A DNA stretch of 64,000 nucleotides from Botryllus schlosseri (lineage: Eukaryota), in assembly GCA_051294905.1 (NCBI GenBank), contig CM119371.1, positions 26,724,001-26,788,000 of the forward strand. The letters run 5' to 3'. The notes under the pieces are model-generated. The model was not told the origin of the DNA. It saw only the letters and a program-made list of their open reading frames with translations, and made no database searches. The stretch's first letter is position 1, and the number at the start of each line of letters is the position of its first letter. The translations under genes were made by a program, and so were the position numbers. Shown here in pieces: positions 13,120-25,204 of the stretch.

Positions 13120-13747
13120 CTACGCGTCCGTGAGATATGCGCCGACGGTTGAAGAATAATATAAACTCAAAAACTTCATTATAATTCGCTTTAAATTTTA
13201 CAAGCTAGGTACCGACCATTATAGGTGCTGAACTCTAATTTACCATTGGTATGAGGGATCGATGGCGTCATGAAGGGTTGACGTCATAATAGTCAGAATG
13301 GACAATGCCGACAATGCCGACTCGCAAACGCTCAATAGTCGGTTGTACATGGTGACAAAATTACGATTTAAAGGGGGCACTACTAGTTAGAAATAAATAT
13401 TTTGTGAAATTTCTTTTATTATCGATCTAGAACGGAAATTTCACGCTGATTCCGAATATGTAACTACTTTTTTGAAGTCCAACTCCTTCTTGGTCAAATC
13501 TATCTCATTGTGATGGCCATTTTAAATTACAGTCAAATTTCGAATATAGCCGTGTATATTCACCTTTATTGGAGGAAATAGCGCCATCTGGTGAATTCTA
13601 TACTAAGCAGAACTGGAAATAAGTAATATAGCCACTACTAGCCAGTCTGCTGCTTCCTTAAACCTGGCTGCTTGACTGATTCAGTACCGAAAGCAGGTGG
13701 TGTGAAGGCTTTGTTTTTATTTATTCTTCTATTCGTTGACTGATCAC

Positions 13748-14558
13748 TAGGGCGGTTTTTTTTTTACTTGAAAAAAAGAAAATTTTGACCTAAAAAATCA
13801 AAATTTTGACAAAATTTTGACCTAACGTATGCAAATTAGGTGTTTTCCCAAATAATGTCAAAATTGTACCAGTTATCTACATTTCCGGTTGTAACTGGCT
13901 GTCCCAACAAAGTAGTTTGGCCTGAAAAAACGTTTTTGGCATAGAAACAGGCAACTTTGTACATATAAAAAACAATATTTTAACGAAATCTGGCCCTATG
14001 AAGAATTCCAGTGGTTGCAATACGTATTATGGTGGAAATAATTTAAAAAAAATTGTAGTACAACGAGAGATACTTTCCTATATTCTTGGGTAAAAAGTGC
14101 ATGTCCTTACTTGCCAAGGACGTTCAACGGCAGCAGTTGTTGGCTGACAACACTCAAGTTGTGCATACACTACTGGTGACACACCATGTTGCTTCATTCT
14201 GACAATGTTGTCTATTACAATTTTCCATCATGCGCTTCTCAATATAAGAATGATGTCCCAGTTAGAATATTGCGGCACGTTGACCATAATACCATGTCCA
14301 CCTATTTGTTTTATTTGACCGTTGATGATTCAGTATGAGCAGACAATTAGCCGTTTACAACAGAGGCCTATAAAGTAGGCTACAAGCTGTAAAATATCAA
14401 ATGATACCTTCACCGACAGTGCAAAATCTACGATACAAACGAAATAAAGACGTCAAAAATTTTTTGACTTTATGAACAATTTTGACAAATTTTGACCTAA
14501 CGCTACAATTTTGACAAAATTTTGACAAATTTTGACATGTCAAAAAAAAACCGCCCTA
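13748..14558. mobile_element. hAT-type MITE (TAGGGCG termini, ttttgac repeats) nested in the Kolobok-like element
   Basis: tagggcggtttttt ... aaaaaaccgcccta; perfect TSD CTGATCAC. Confidence 0.9.
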
Positions 14559-15024
14559 CTGATCACTGACAATATTGGGTAGTATTTACTGTTTGTGGAT
14601 AACTATGCTGGATTGCTTTTCATTTCTATAGCTTTCAATATGCATAGATAGAGTCGAATGCGGAAATTTAGACATAGCCAAAAACATTTTGTACACACTT
14701 CGCAGTAGGCCAGGGGTTCTCAAGCCGCGGCCCGCAGAGGTTTATTTAGCGGCCCGCGACATCTTTCATCATCAACGCAATTATTACTGACAGGGCATTG
14801 TTACATATTAATTTATCTGCTTAGCTATCTTATCGCACCCCGTCTCTGTTTCGTTTGATTACTCATTTTTGATGTATTCTGGTTTCTTGATATATGCTCG
14901 ACTTTAGATTGTTATGAATCTGTATTAGGTTGGACTCTGTTTCAAGAGAATCCCGCTACGTAGTACATTTTTTAAAGAGTTTTTCACTCACCGCGAATGG
15001 TTTGAACAGAAACAGAACAAAGAA

Positions 15025-15330
15025 TTGGAAATACATACAAATGATCCAGCAGTGGGCCGAAAGAAAAAGCAACCAAAGCAGCTCCCAGCGTCTTTTTTGC
15101 CACACAATCTGCCACTCTGGCTCTGTAAGAGGTTGTCAGATGAATCTTTTTCGAGGAGATACATAAGTGGACTAGCCCATAGTGAATATGAGCCATTGAA
15201 CATGATCCTATGGCAACGGTATCGGAAAGAAGGATACTTTGGAACTGCAGCAGTCAAACGGGCAGTGGCGCTGAGTGTGCTCAACTGGAATGTTGGATGT
15301 AGTGTTTTTTTTTATGTTTTGATAGCCTGA
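15025..15330 (+). pseudogene. Kolobok/'Mutator-like' transposase C-terminal remnant
   Basis: KRLSDESFSRRYISGLAHSEYEPLNMILWQRYRKEGYFGTAAVKRAVALSVLNWNVG resembles the L..C..G.TQN.NES.N..IW...PK...G...V..A...AV..FN.G block recalled for this transposase class. Confidence 0.6.
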
Positions 15331-18300
15331 AGCTTACCAGTTGATACTCCTACAAAAAGTACTGGTTTTAGTGTACAAAAAAATGAAAAAAACGGCATCT
15401 TAACAGTCGTTTGCTGTCAAAAAGCGAAAAACTGAAAGAGTTCGCGAGTCCTTGGGCACATCCGATTAGGTACCTGGCGGGTATTAACGATCAATTTTTG
15501 TTAGAAATGGTTCACTGTGTGATGCAAATCAACTAACGTGACCATTGATATCATGACGAGCGTTCATATCCTTGTTTATCGAAGATATTGTGGTTGTAAA
15601 TTTTTAAAGTTTTTCTCAAAACTTACATTTTCTGCCCACAAATTTTATCTTCTCTGCACCTCATCTGAAATTTTGCACGAATAATGGTTTGGGTATATAT
15701 AATAAACAGATGAAGCGCTTTCTTAATTTTTTTCTGTGGAGATTTTTATACAGGAAAAAATGTTGCGATAAAGCCTAAATTTAGGGTTCGCTGCCAAAAA
15801 TTTCATAAATTGTGTTAGGAAACGTTTTTTTGAAAATCCCATTACGGGATTGTAGATAAATGTCTGTACTATCCCTCCACCAATTTTGAAAAGAATATCG
15901 ATAGTGCATTTCGACTTTTTAGGATTTTGGTGAAAGGGTGGTGAAAATTTACATATTTTTTTGAGTTCTTGTCCCCTTGGGGGGTATGCCTATGGTTCAA
16001 CGTAAAGGTCATATTTGGAAAGGAAATTCCCTGCCCTTTCCAGCAATATACGGATCATGGAGCTTGCATCTACTTTGTGGGAGATATGACCACAAACGTG
16101 AACACCTGTAAAATTCATTTTTAACTAGTAGTGCCCCCTAAGCTGGCGTAGAGCCAGCCGGGCCACCTGCTGATTTTATTTCAAATTTACCAAGGTAGCA
16201 TCAATTTATTAGGTTTAAGTACATGCCCATATCCTGATAATACATCGATCGCATCAGCTTCGTCGTGATAACGAACTGGCACGAATGATTATTATATATA
16301 CTCCACATCTCACGTTGCTATAAGATTACTGGCGGCTCCGCGCTCACAATCTCCCGTCAATACGCAATACACAATCGGTCCGTCTCGGGAACAAACGAAT
16401 TCGCATTTCGACGGCAAACGACGGCAAATAAACTAAATTTCCATGAGCTATTTTCACAGATGCCAAGTCTCTTCTGTAATGAAACTAACTACTCGCATTC
16501 GATCAATGTATTGCTGCTGATTATCCCGAGTGAACAGCAGCACTATGAAATACATTGCGTGACTAGTTGGTGAATTGTGTGATTTAGGAATCAGCAGTTA
16601 TATGCCTAATGGATTTCTGGGTGTGCCGCAAACCCACAAAAATTCATAGGTATACTCGACATAAGAAGCATACTTGATTTCGGCGCCTGTGTCGACCCCA
16701 ATGAGCACTGTAGAGTGCTGTTCAAAAATGATTCTTTTCTTTAATATTTCACTGGCTATTTTATACAATTATTATGTTGGCTAAAACAACGCTGTAAACC
16801 AAATTGGGCTCAATTCCAACCAGTAGAAGCTAGGTTCTTGCTGTAGTAAGTTTTGAACTTATTATATAAAAAATATAAAAAAATTCTGCAGATTCCATAA
16901 AGTTGTCAGGGTGTCAGTAGAGATGATGCAAACCAAATTTGGTTCAATTCCAACCAGTAGAGGCGAAGTTATTGCGGTAAAAAAATGTTGATTTGAATAA
17001 AATAGTATTTACAGTGACTAACTCTTTAATAATTTATTATAAAATTATAGAATTATTAATTGAGTAGTCTATAAAAGAGATATATTTTGCCATTAGAATA
17101 TCTTACTACTATAGTTTAGGAGCTCCGATCACTTCGTTTGCGGTCAATTTATTTATGATAGAAGAACGGAGACCCAGTAAAACGCACAATCTTTGAGTGA
17201 TTGCTCAGTGCTCACCCTCCTAGGTTACACCTGCGTATCGAGAACAATCCGAATATATGCAAGATCCGTCATTTTGATCGACACCGTTACTTGGTGACTT
17301 GAAATTGACTCGTAAATTTTGGTCCGAGTCACGAGTCAATCGACATTTCTGAAACGACGAGTCAAGTCAACTCATTTTTGCAAAGTGACTCGATTCAAGT
17401 CAAAGTGACTCGAATATGACTTAATCCAGTCATCCCAACACTGCCGCTTGATGTACATAGTATAGTACCACAGCCGAAAACGAACTAGGGCAGTCCATTG
17501 TACACACCGACGAAGTGACATCTGAACGCGTGTGCCTGGAAACCGGCACGATACCGTACGTTTTCAACCTTATCGGCTAGAAAACGGTTATAAGTTGGCC
17601 GTGCTACATGACGGCAGACAGACAAACAAAAAATAATATCGGTCTGGCGTAAATGACGGATGCAGTCGAAAAACGCCATGATTACCCGAAACAGCGACAA
17701 ACTCATCGGCTGGATCGAACCTAATCGTGTGAGAAAACACAATCCGCATCCCTGCACAGCAGCGACTTTATTAATTAATTATATAACTTGGCTGTGTCGA
17801 TGTTTGAGATTCACATATCCAATCGCACGCGCAAATGGATAACTTTTCATGTTTAATAGAGCAGTATCGCAGTAAGGCATACGCACTCTTTTATCTTCAT
17901 TTATAAAAAATGATCGGGATGAAAACTGATTACCGTGAATTATACTGGGCTAATTCGCCTTTAGTAAACATGAATATATTTCGAAAGACAAGTAAAAACT
18001 GTGGGTCTGATCTGTGTCTGGCAGCCTGGTAAACTAATTTTGCAATTTACATAAACAGGTTAGCAATTGAGGAGGAATTGAAGCGTCGCCCACAGAGTCA
18101 ACATTGGTATAATATCTGTTGTGGAGATGAAAGAGTCCATCACACCAATGTGACGTCTAGCAGCTTCAGATATTGTACAAAGTTGTTTTCCTGCATGCCA
18201 TATGTATATCATAGTTGAAACGGTTGCTAATTTGCTGTTCACGTCAAATATGAAAATTGCAGTCCTTCATACAATAAACCTAAACTACCGGTGGGCCTAC

Positions 18301-18692
18301 ATCAGATTATTGCTCCTATCTGATTACCGGTACTTCGATCTATTCGTGTTGTGCACCCAGGGATTTCTAGATATCCCTGTGTGCACCATTACTGAATCGG
18401 GGAAACGTCGAAATGATGCGCTTCGATGAACTCATGGTAACTCTAGAGGTGACATTTCAATTCTAACTCAAGTTCACATACCGTACGAATGTTTTCATGT
18501 AAATTGCAATGTAGCGTAAGAAATAGCCAGAAACATTAGTCAAATATCCACCGAAAAGCAAATCTGTTTCACTCGCCCTGTCAAATGGAATTTATTCGCC
18601 GAATTGGGTTTGGATACTAAAAAAGGAAATGAAAATGTTAAAATTGGCAAAATGATTGCTGGTTCGTGCTGATTTTTTTCGTGCTACCAGAG

Positions 18693-20897
18693 CAGGTGTG
18701 GGCAATTATTTTTCTCCGCGGGCCAAATCAGAAGTAGAAAATACATTGGCGGGCCGATTGAATTTTTTTAGCTATATTCTCCAGCGCATTTTAATTTTAT
18801 TTCTAAATTACATTGTTAATAAATGCTGCTCAGTGAATCTGTTGATGTTAGGTAATGAGAAAGGGACCGATGGTTAAAAAATATTTATTTACAGTCATGA
18901 TTCGAAACAATGTTAAACATGATACATATTTGGCTCTCTTTAATTCAGTATCCACGTTCTTCTAAGACACTAGAACAGTGGATTCTCAAACTTTTTTAGA
19001 CACTCCCCCCTTATCGCGATATCACAGAATGTTATTAATGAGAGAAATCAGAATACTATTAATCTCAATGAACTGTTTGATATCATGGAAGGTGTATGGC
19101 TGTTGCTGGGACAATCCTCAAATGCCAAAGTCTGACAATACACAGAGTAATACCCATGAGTTTGAGGGTGAATCGCGCGAAGCGCGAAATTTTTGTATTT
19201 CACTGCGGCTTCGTGCTCCTCAGATGCTTTCACGCCTCCCAGTTTGAGACGCCTGCAGTAAACTGTATTTGGGATGGTACAAAGCTTATTGTCTATAGTC
19301 GCCTTATGCCTTCACAGCAGAGTGCAGCTTGGTGAAACAGCCATGATGTTTAGTGAAGCTTGCAGTTCTTCTGAAATTCACCTTACCTTGACCGAGTGTC
19401 TGTCTTCGTGTTTTTGTCATAAGACCGACTTTAATTAGGAGCCTTAATCTCGGCGACCTGCTCCGCACAAACTAAAATGACGGGTTTACCCCTGACTCCA
19501 GTATACAAATATTCAATGCTCTAAACCAGTGGTTCCCAACCTTTATTGATGTCATAGCCGCATTTCGAATATCAGAGTACGCGTGGAGCCGCATGAAAAT
19601 GCTCAAGTACGTATAACGACCATTAGCATGTGTTAAACCATTAGCTGTTAAAAAAAACTGTTTTTTCCCAAATCTTTTTCGCTACTTGATTAAATCGTCA
19701 GATTGCCTAAAAAACGATGCACACCAAATTTGACTCAAATCTGCGGAGGCTTATACTTGTTAGAATCGAAACTAATTTGGTGTACAGCGTTTTTCAGGGT
19801 AACCTGACAATATAATCAGTGAATTGCTGGAATCCGAAAAAACGTTATTTTTGAGCAGCCCTAATGTGCATAGTGCAATTGTGCATTTAACTCATTTTCA
19901 AGGTAAAATTCGATACTTGAAAGGGCTGCTTAACTGATTTACATCCAGCTATAGGGATGAAATCCGGTAAATTCACCTATTTTCCACCCATAATGGACTT
20001 ACATTGCCTGCGAATATACGCGGAGTAGAATTGAACTCACGGCTATTATAGGCTTACCATATTTTGGAAATGTAAAAAGAGGACACTTTTACAGAAATTT
20101 CAGACATGCAAAACTGGAGAAGAATTCTCAAAAACCGGTAAATTTTTCCCACTTCGTGATCGATTGACTAAAAAAAAAGTTCATCACTTCCGCTCAGAGC
20201 TCAAAATAACGTTTTTCTCTCCACATTGCCAGTTGGATGACTAAAAAAAAGGTCTTTTTTCGCTCTGAGCTAAAATAACCGCTTTCCCCTCCGAAATACC
20301 CGACGGAGCTTCACTTCTGCGCTAATTTGCGGCATACCACTCGCAACTTCCTCTAAATCTGACCTAACTTTTCAAAGAAGAGGACAAAATCTCAAAAAAA
20401 GAGACAAAAGGGCGTCCTCCGAGGACACTTTCAAAAAAGTCCAAAAAGAGGACAAATCCTCTTAAAAGAGGACGTATGGTAACCCTAGGCTATTAGCTGT
20501 CATCTCGATGGTAGTAAAATTGTTTGGTCATTAGCTCGTCACAGAAAAATATCTATAGAAGTTTATATCACCACTACAGGTAGAAGTTAAGTCCATGAGA
20601 GCCTCAAGAAGGCTTGTACGGGACCGAATGCTGCTCATACATTGCTACATTGATTTTATTTTGAATGTGGATTACTCATGCTTCCAGGTACGTAACCAGC
20701 GTAATCGTGGCATATTATTGAACAGGCTTCAAAGTAAACCTGTTCCTGTTCAGTTTATACAGCCTATGGTTTTAGTTCACACAACAACATTAAAAATTAG
20801 GTTTGATGTTTTGAATTCAAAAAAAACCTTTCGCGGGCCGCACAGAATAGCTCCGCGGGCCGCATTTGGCCCGCGGGCCACACTTTGCCCAGGTCTG
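18693..20897. mobile_element. hAT (Charlie-like) non-autonomous element with several nested insertions
   Basis: caggtgtgggcaa ... ttgcccaggtctg with gcgggcc subterminal motifs; perfect TSD TACCAGAG. Confidence 0.85.
20049..20487 (-). mobile_element. hAT-type MITE (TAGGCTTACCATA family), copy 1
   Basis: TIR taggcttaccata / tatggtaacccta; TSD GGCTATTA on both sides. Confidence 0.9.
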
Positions 20898-21054
20898 TAC
20901 CAGAGGAATGCATGAGGATTACACATTACCGAATACTTGGCTACGGAGGGCATCGCATTGAAAAACACATCAGGTATGAATTCGATTCGATGAATGTAGA
21001 AAACCGCTATTTGTTGTTTTCCTACGAAAGCTATGATTTAATGAAGTGACTCAC

Positions 21055-21371
21055 GTGAATTCGATCCTTGATACACCTTGTTATGATGCCCAATAGCTCA
21101 TCGTCGATACTGCATCTGGCTAAATTCAAATAATGAAGACTTTGATTCCTTGCTGCAAGCGATCCAACGATATGAGCTTCATCCCGACTCAGTGAGATGT
21201 TGTATGCAGTGATGCCATCAAGGCCTTTCATGAGATCCTCGTCGTCTGATTCATAGATCGCTGTGTAAAGTTCCATGAGAATGAGGCTGTTCACATTCTC
21301 TCTCATGTTCTTCTCGAGTTGAAGGAGAAGCGATCGAGCAATAACTTGATGCTTCTCTGTTCCATCGGAGA
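21055..21371 (-). CDS. NLR gene coding exon 4: post-NACHT helical region and first leucine-rich repeat
   Basis: Acceptor ttgcttcttgcgtcacag|TC (phase 1) and donor CAC|GTGAGT (phase 0). Encodes SLHYLNLARCSIDDELLGII, an RI-like LRR. Its phase matches the NACHT exon donor. Confidence 0.8.
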
Positions 21372-21523
21372 CTGTGACGCAAGAAGCAATATCGTGGTAA
21401 TCGTTGACAGTGCACTCTTTCGTAACAATCGGAAGATATATGCTACTGTGGCGACACAGGGTTAGAATGAAGCGATTGAACTCTTTGGATCGAGTTCACA
21501 TGAGTATTTTTCATTCGCATTTT

Positions 21524-21716
21524 AATCCAATCAGGGCAATGTAAATCCCTTGAAATACACCTCAAAATCTGAAAATTGCCATTGTTCTAAATAATCTCAG
21601 CGGCTCAGCACAATGACCACGACAATGGCCCTTGCGTGGTTGCGATTATTCAGAACAATGCCGATTTTCAGACCTTGAAGAGTATTTCAAGGGATTTACA
21701 TTGCCCTGATTAGATT
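21524..21716. repeat. ~193-bp foldback (arms ~75 bp), MITE-like
   Basis: aatccaatcagggcaatgtaaatcccttgaaatac ... gtatttcaagggatttacattgccctgattagatt. Confidence 0.85.
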
Positions 21717-21909
21717 TTATTGTATATTTTCGGAATCAGTGCGACAGTAGCTTTCAAATAAGATCAACTTTATTGAATTTAAGCACGCGGTTCGTCAGCT
21801 TTGGGATTAGCAATTATGTTGCGTTCAGATTGCTGAGCAGTAATTTCCTTCGGGCAAACAAGCGTGACGACGGGTGCTGCGTATCTATCCGCAGGTTAGT
21901 TATCTATAA

Positions 21910-22295
21910 TAGGCTTACCATACGTCCTCTTTTAAGAGGATTTGTCCTCTTTTTTGACTTTTTTGAAAGTGTCCTCGGAGGACGCCCTTTTGTCCTCGAT
22001 TTTGAGATTTTGTCCTATTTTTTGAAAATTTAGGTCTGATGTGCCGCAAATTAGCACAGAAGTGACGGTCCGGCGGATATTTCGGAGTGAAACGGTGAAT
22101 TTAGCTCTGAGCGAAAAGATGACCATTTTTTATTTATTTATTTATTTTTTAGTCATCCATCTGGCAATGCGGAGAGAAAAACGGTATTTTGAGATCTTTT
22201 TTTTTTTTTAGTCGACCCGGTGTACTCCGGTTTTGTATCTTGCTAATTTCTGAAAAAGTGTCCTCTTTTTGCATTTTCAAAATATGGTAAGCCTA
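21910..22295 (+). mobile_element. hAT-type MITE (TAGGCTTACCATA family), copy 2, inverted relative to copy 1
   Basis: TIR taggcttaccata / tatggtaagccta; TSD ATCTATAA. Bases 21916-21995 are nearly the reverse complement of 20403-20482. Confidence 0.9.
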
Positions 22296-22946
22296 ATCTA
22301 TAACCTATCAAGGTTCGTTTGTGAACGTGAACCTCTAAATTTCAGAGGTTCACATATAGAACGCTTCAACAATTCTAATTATAATTCGATACTAGATTTT
22401 GACTGATACCGAACCTTGCACTAACCAGAATATGTTCCTGAATGATGAATAACTAGTAAATGCATGTAGCCCTGTCATTGGTTATTGATTGAGCTTATAA
22501 TCAGTTACTGCTACTATCTACCATTGCACATGATTATGTTTAACAAAATTATAGACTGGAAATCTTTTCGCGTTCCGCGCCACTCCCTTCCAGCTACAAT
22601 TTACTGTCCCTCCGTTCTTTCGCGTATTTGACGTCACGTTAACGTTTTGACCAGCGCGAAACTGTACTGTGATAGTGCAATTCAGCTTGCTACACGAGAA
22701 ATCTGTAGACACTATTCGGTACTTAGCAACGGGCCACCTCGGAGTTCATGATCCCCACAAAACCAAGTGATTCGTCAATCTTGTAAGGAGGTGCATGCGT
22801 AGATGACGCAGTCACGACGTGATTAGACCACGTGATCACGGATTGCGCAAGCGCGGGAATTAACACGACGTTCACATATCGACCATGCGTGGTCGGCTCA
22901 GTGTTGATTTGACTTGGCAAGGGACGGACGTACGGCGTTTAAGAAG

Positions 22947-23769
22947 ATGGATCTCTGTGTTTCATGTAATAATGAAGTTTTAGAGGATGAAGCTGCCTTG
23001 AAATGCGATGGGTGCGGCATGTGGCAGCACATCGCTTGTGGCCCACAAGATATTATGTTTCGAGAAGACTACTTAAGAATTGTTAAGGAAGATTGTAGCG
23101 TGGCCTTCAAATGTACAGAATGTCGACCTGATTTGATTGTGAGTAATTCGAATAAGCCTGCTTTCTGGTTTTTAGGTTTTATTCATCTTAATTTTATAGC
23201 CACCACCTCAATCTCCAATTATGCACGTCGCCGGTGCTCAACTTATTGAATGTGCATGTGAAGGGGCACGTGCCTTGGATGCAACTCGATCAGTGCCATT
23301 TTACAACCACGTAAGTCAAACAATGCTATGCAGTTGGATGTGATCAAGTTTTGGCCATATTTGTAATTTGCAGGAAGACGATATTGTTGAATCAACCGCA
23401 GGGATCACATCCAAAAATTTCAAGCCGCAGAATTGGAGCGTTTACGATACTGCAATCCGCACGAACAATGATGTCGATGGATGGCACACCCGCCTGAACA
23501 TGCGAGGACGGCACAACATGCCAATGTATAACCTCATTCTTCTCTTGAATGAGGAAGCGTCGTTCTCGTACGAACAGGTGGCCCTCCTCTCTGAAGGTAA
23601 GATAAAGAAACGACACCGCTGAGAGTGTCGATTGATTGATTGGCAATTATATAAACTCTGGAATCGATTAAAGAAAGGGTGGAAGACACCCCGTCGCCTA
23701 CTAGAAGAAATTGCTGGTATTAATGCCATTAATTTAATGGGCCTATTTGTGAAGAACAAACCTGATTAG
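22947..23769 (+). pseudogene. Internally deleted MULE (Mutator-like) transposase gene with an N-terminal PHD finger
   Basis: ATG at 22947 gives CVSC..CDGCGMWQHIACG..CTEC (C4HC3 PHD), followed by a gtgagt donor at ~23139. The downstream segment WSVY...RTNNDVDGWHTRLN matches the MULE RTNNxxEGWHxxL motif. In-frame TGA at 23620. Confidence 0.75.
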
Positions 23770-23774
23770 ATTAG

Positions 23775-23912
23775 ATTTTTATTTATATTAGCTGTGATTT
23801 TGTCGTTTATATTAGATGTGATTTTGTCGTTTTTATTTATATTAGATGAGATTTTGTCGCTTTTATTTATATTAGATGTGTTTTTGTCGTTTTTATTTAT
23901 ATTAGATGTGAT
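23775..23912 (+). repeat. 30-bp minisatellite, ~5 units
   Basis: tttatttatattagatgtgattttgtcgtt repeated. Confidence 0.9.
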
Positions 23913-25204
23913 ATTCTCTTTTAGCCAATGGGACTCGTATACCGGATTCAATTGCTTGTGTGAAGCTGATTAGAGTAGGGCAGGCTGTTGAAGGTTATGA
24001 TGTCAGTGTAAGTTATATTAAGTAACAGAGCACAAGCTGAGGCGAGATGAGGATACGTCATTCTTTCCATATGACCAAAGGCAACTAGCTGCTTGGCTGC
24101 GGCTTCTTATTCCAGATGATATTGTTGCGTCACAATAGGAAACTCAAAGTACCGAGTTCACTGGCAAACATTTCCGTAACTAATCATGGTGACCGGTACC
24201 GCTACGAGATCTACCACGGCACGTGATTCTTCCTTATCTGAGAATCATAATTCATATTTAAGGCTGTATCAGACGAGGCGATGTCGGCGGAGCGTTAGTG
24301 TTTGTTTTATCATCGCTGCTATCGGCCGGATCGCCGCCGAAGTTATTTGACAGTGTCAATCAACTCCGCGACATCGCCGGCGATGAGAGAAGTGGGAGAT
24401 GCGCTCATGCGTATCCATATATAAGCCAGTGTCGAGACTTGAATAGCGTCACTTTTGCTCAAGCCGTTTGGCGGACGGACCTTCTGGCGAAACATTGCGA
24501 AACGAATTACTGTAATGTAGTACTAAATTATTGAGCTGCTTCTCGTATCCCGTATAGGCCGGCGTTGCAAAATCGGATGCACACACCACCTTCGAGTAGG
24601 ACCAGCACGCGCACATTCTTCTGCAGCTATCACGGCAGTCAAAACTCGTGCTACTTTCAACTGTTTTGACCTACCCTTACAGATACCATACTACCATGGT
24701 TCCGAGAAGGTTTCATTCGACAAGACATTGTAGCATGAACACATTAGACGGGCATCATAACCATATTGCAGAATTAGTTTCGAATATTTTCGGCTAGTTG
24801 TTACTTTGTTTCTGGATAATTTTGACCAGAAGTGACGTGACTTTTAACTTCAAGTCGAAAGAAAAAAATCGTCAGCTCGACAGCCAAAACGGACAGTGTA
24901 CCCCTTGTTATAGGACTTATGGCACTCTTAAGTTGTTCTGTCAAAGGTCCAAGCAAATATAAACCGGCCAACTTTAGGCCCTAAATGTATGTAGCTCCTC
25001 TGCGCAATTGGGATTCTTCGGAATGTTTATTCTGTTCGGATTTTCTGGATTGTGGACAAGATTTTTCAGATTTGCATGGGTATTTGGATGAGACTGTTCT
25101 TATTCGGAAGGATTGCTCCTCAGAGCTTTGAGCTGTCGGATGGATTCGGATTCTCAGAAATCACTGTCCGCCCATCACTGATCATAATACGGTTGTATGT
25201 ACGT

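Larger units (their letters stand above)
13372..16139 (+). mobile_element. Degenerate Kolobok-like DNA transposon
   Basis: TIR agggggcactactagtta(g/a)aaat at both ends; TTAA at the left flank (the right flank has only aa); internal transposase remnant. Confidence 0.7.

Noticed and set aside
8329..18242. Other candidate NLR 3' exons (18060-18190, 16340-16470, 8329-8490)
   Set aside because: Acceptor-like sites exist but there is no convincing LRR pattern or consistent phase chain; cDNA is needed.
19385..19520. Candidate downstream NLR exon with a CAAG|GTAAGG donor
   Set aside because: It lies inside the TSD-bounded element 18693-20897, and its phase-0 frame hits a stop.
23766..23951. Repetitive N/K/D-rich ORF
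   Set aside because: It is just the translation of the 30-bp minisatellite.
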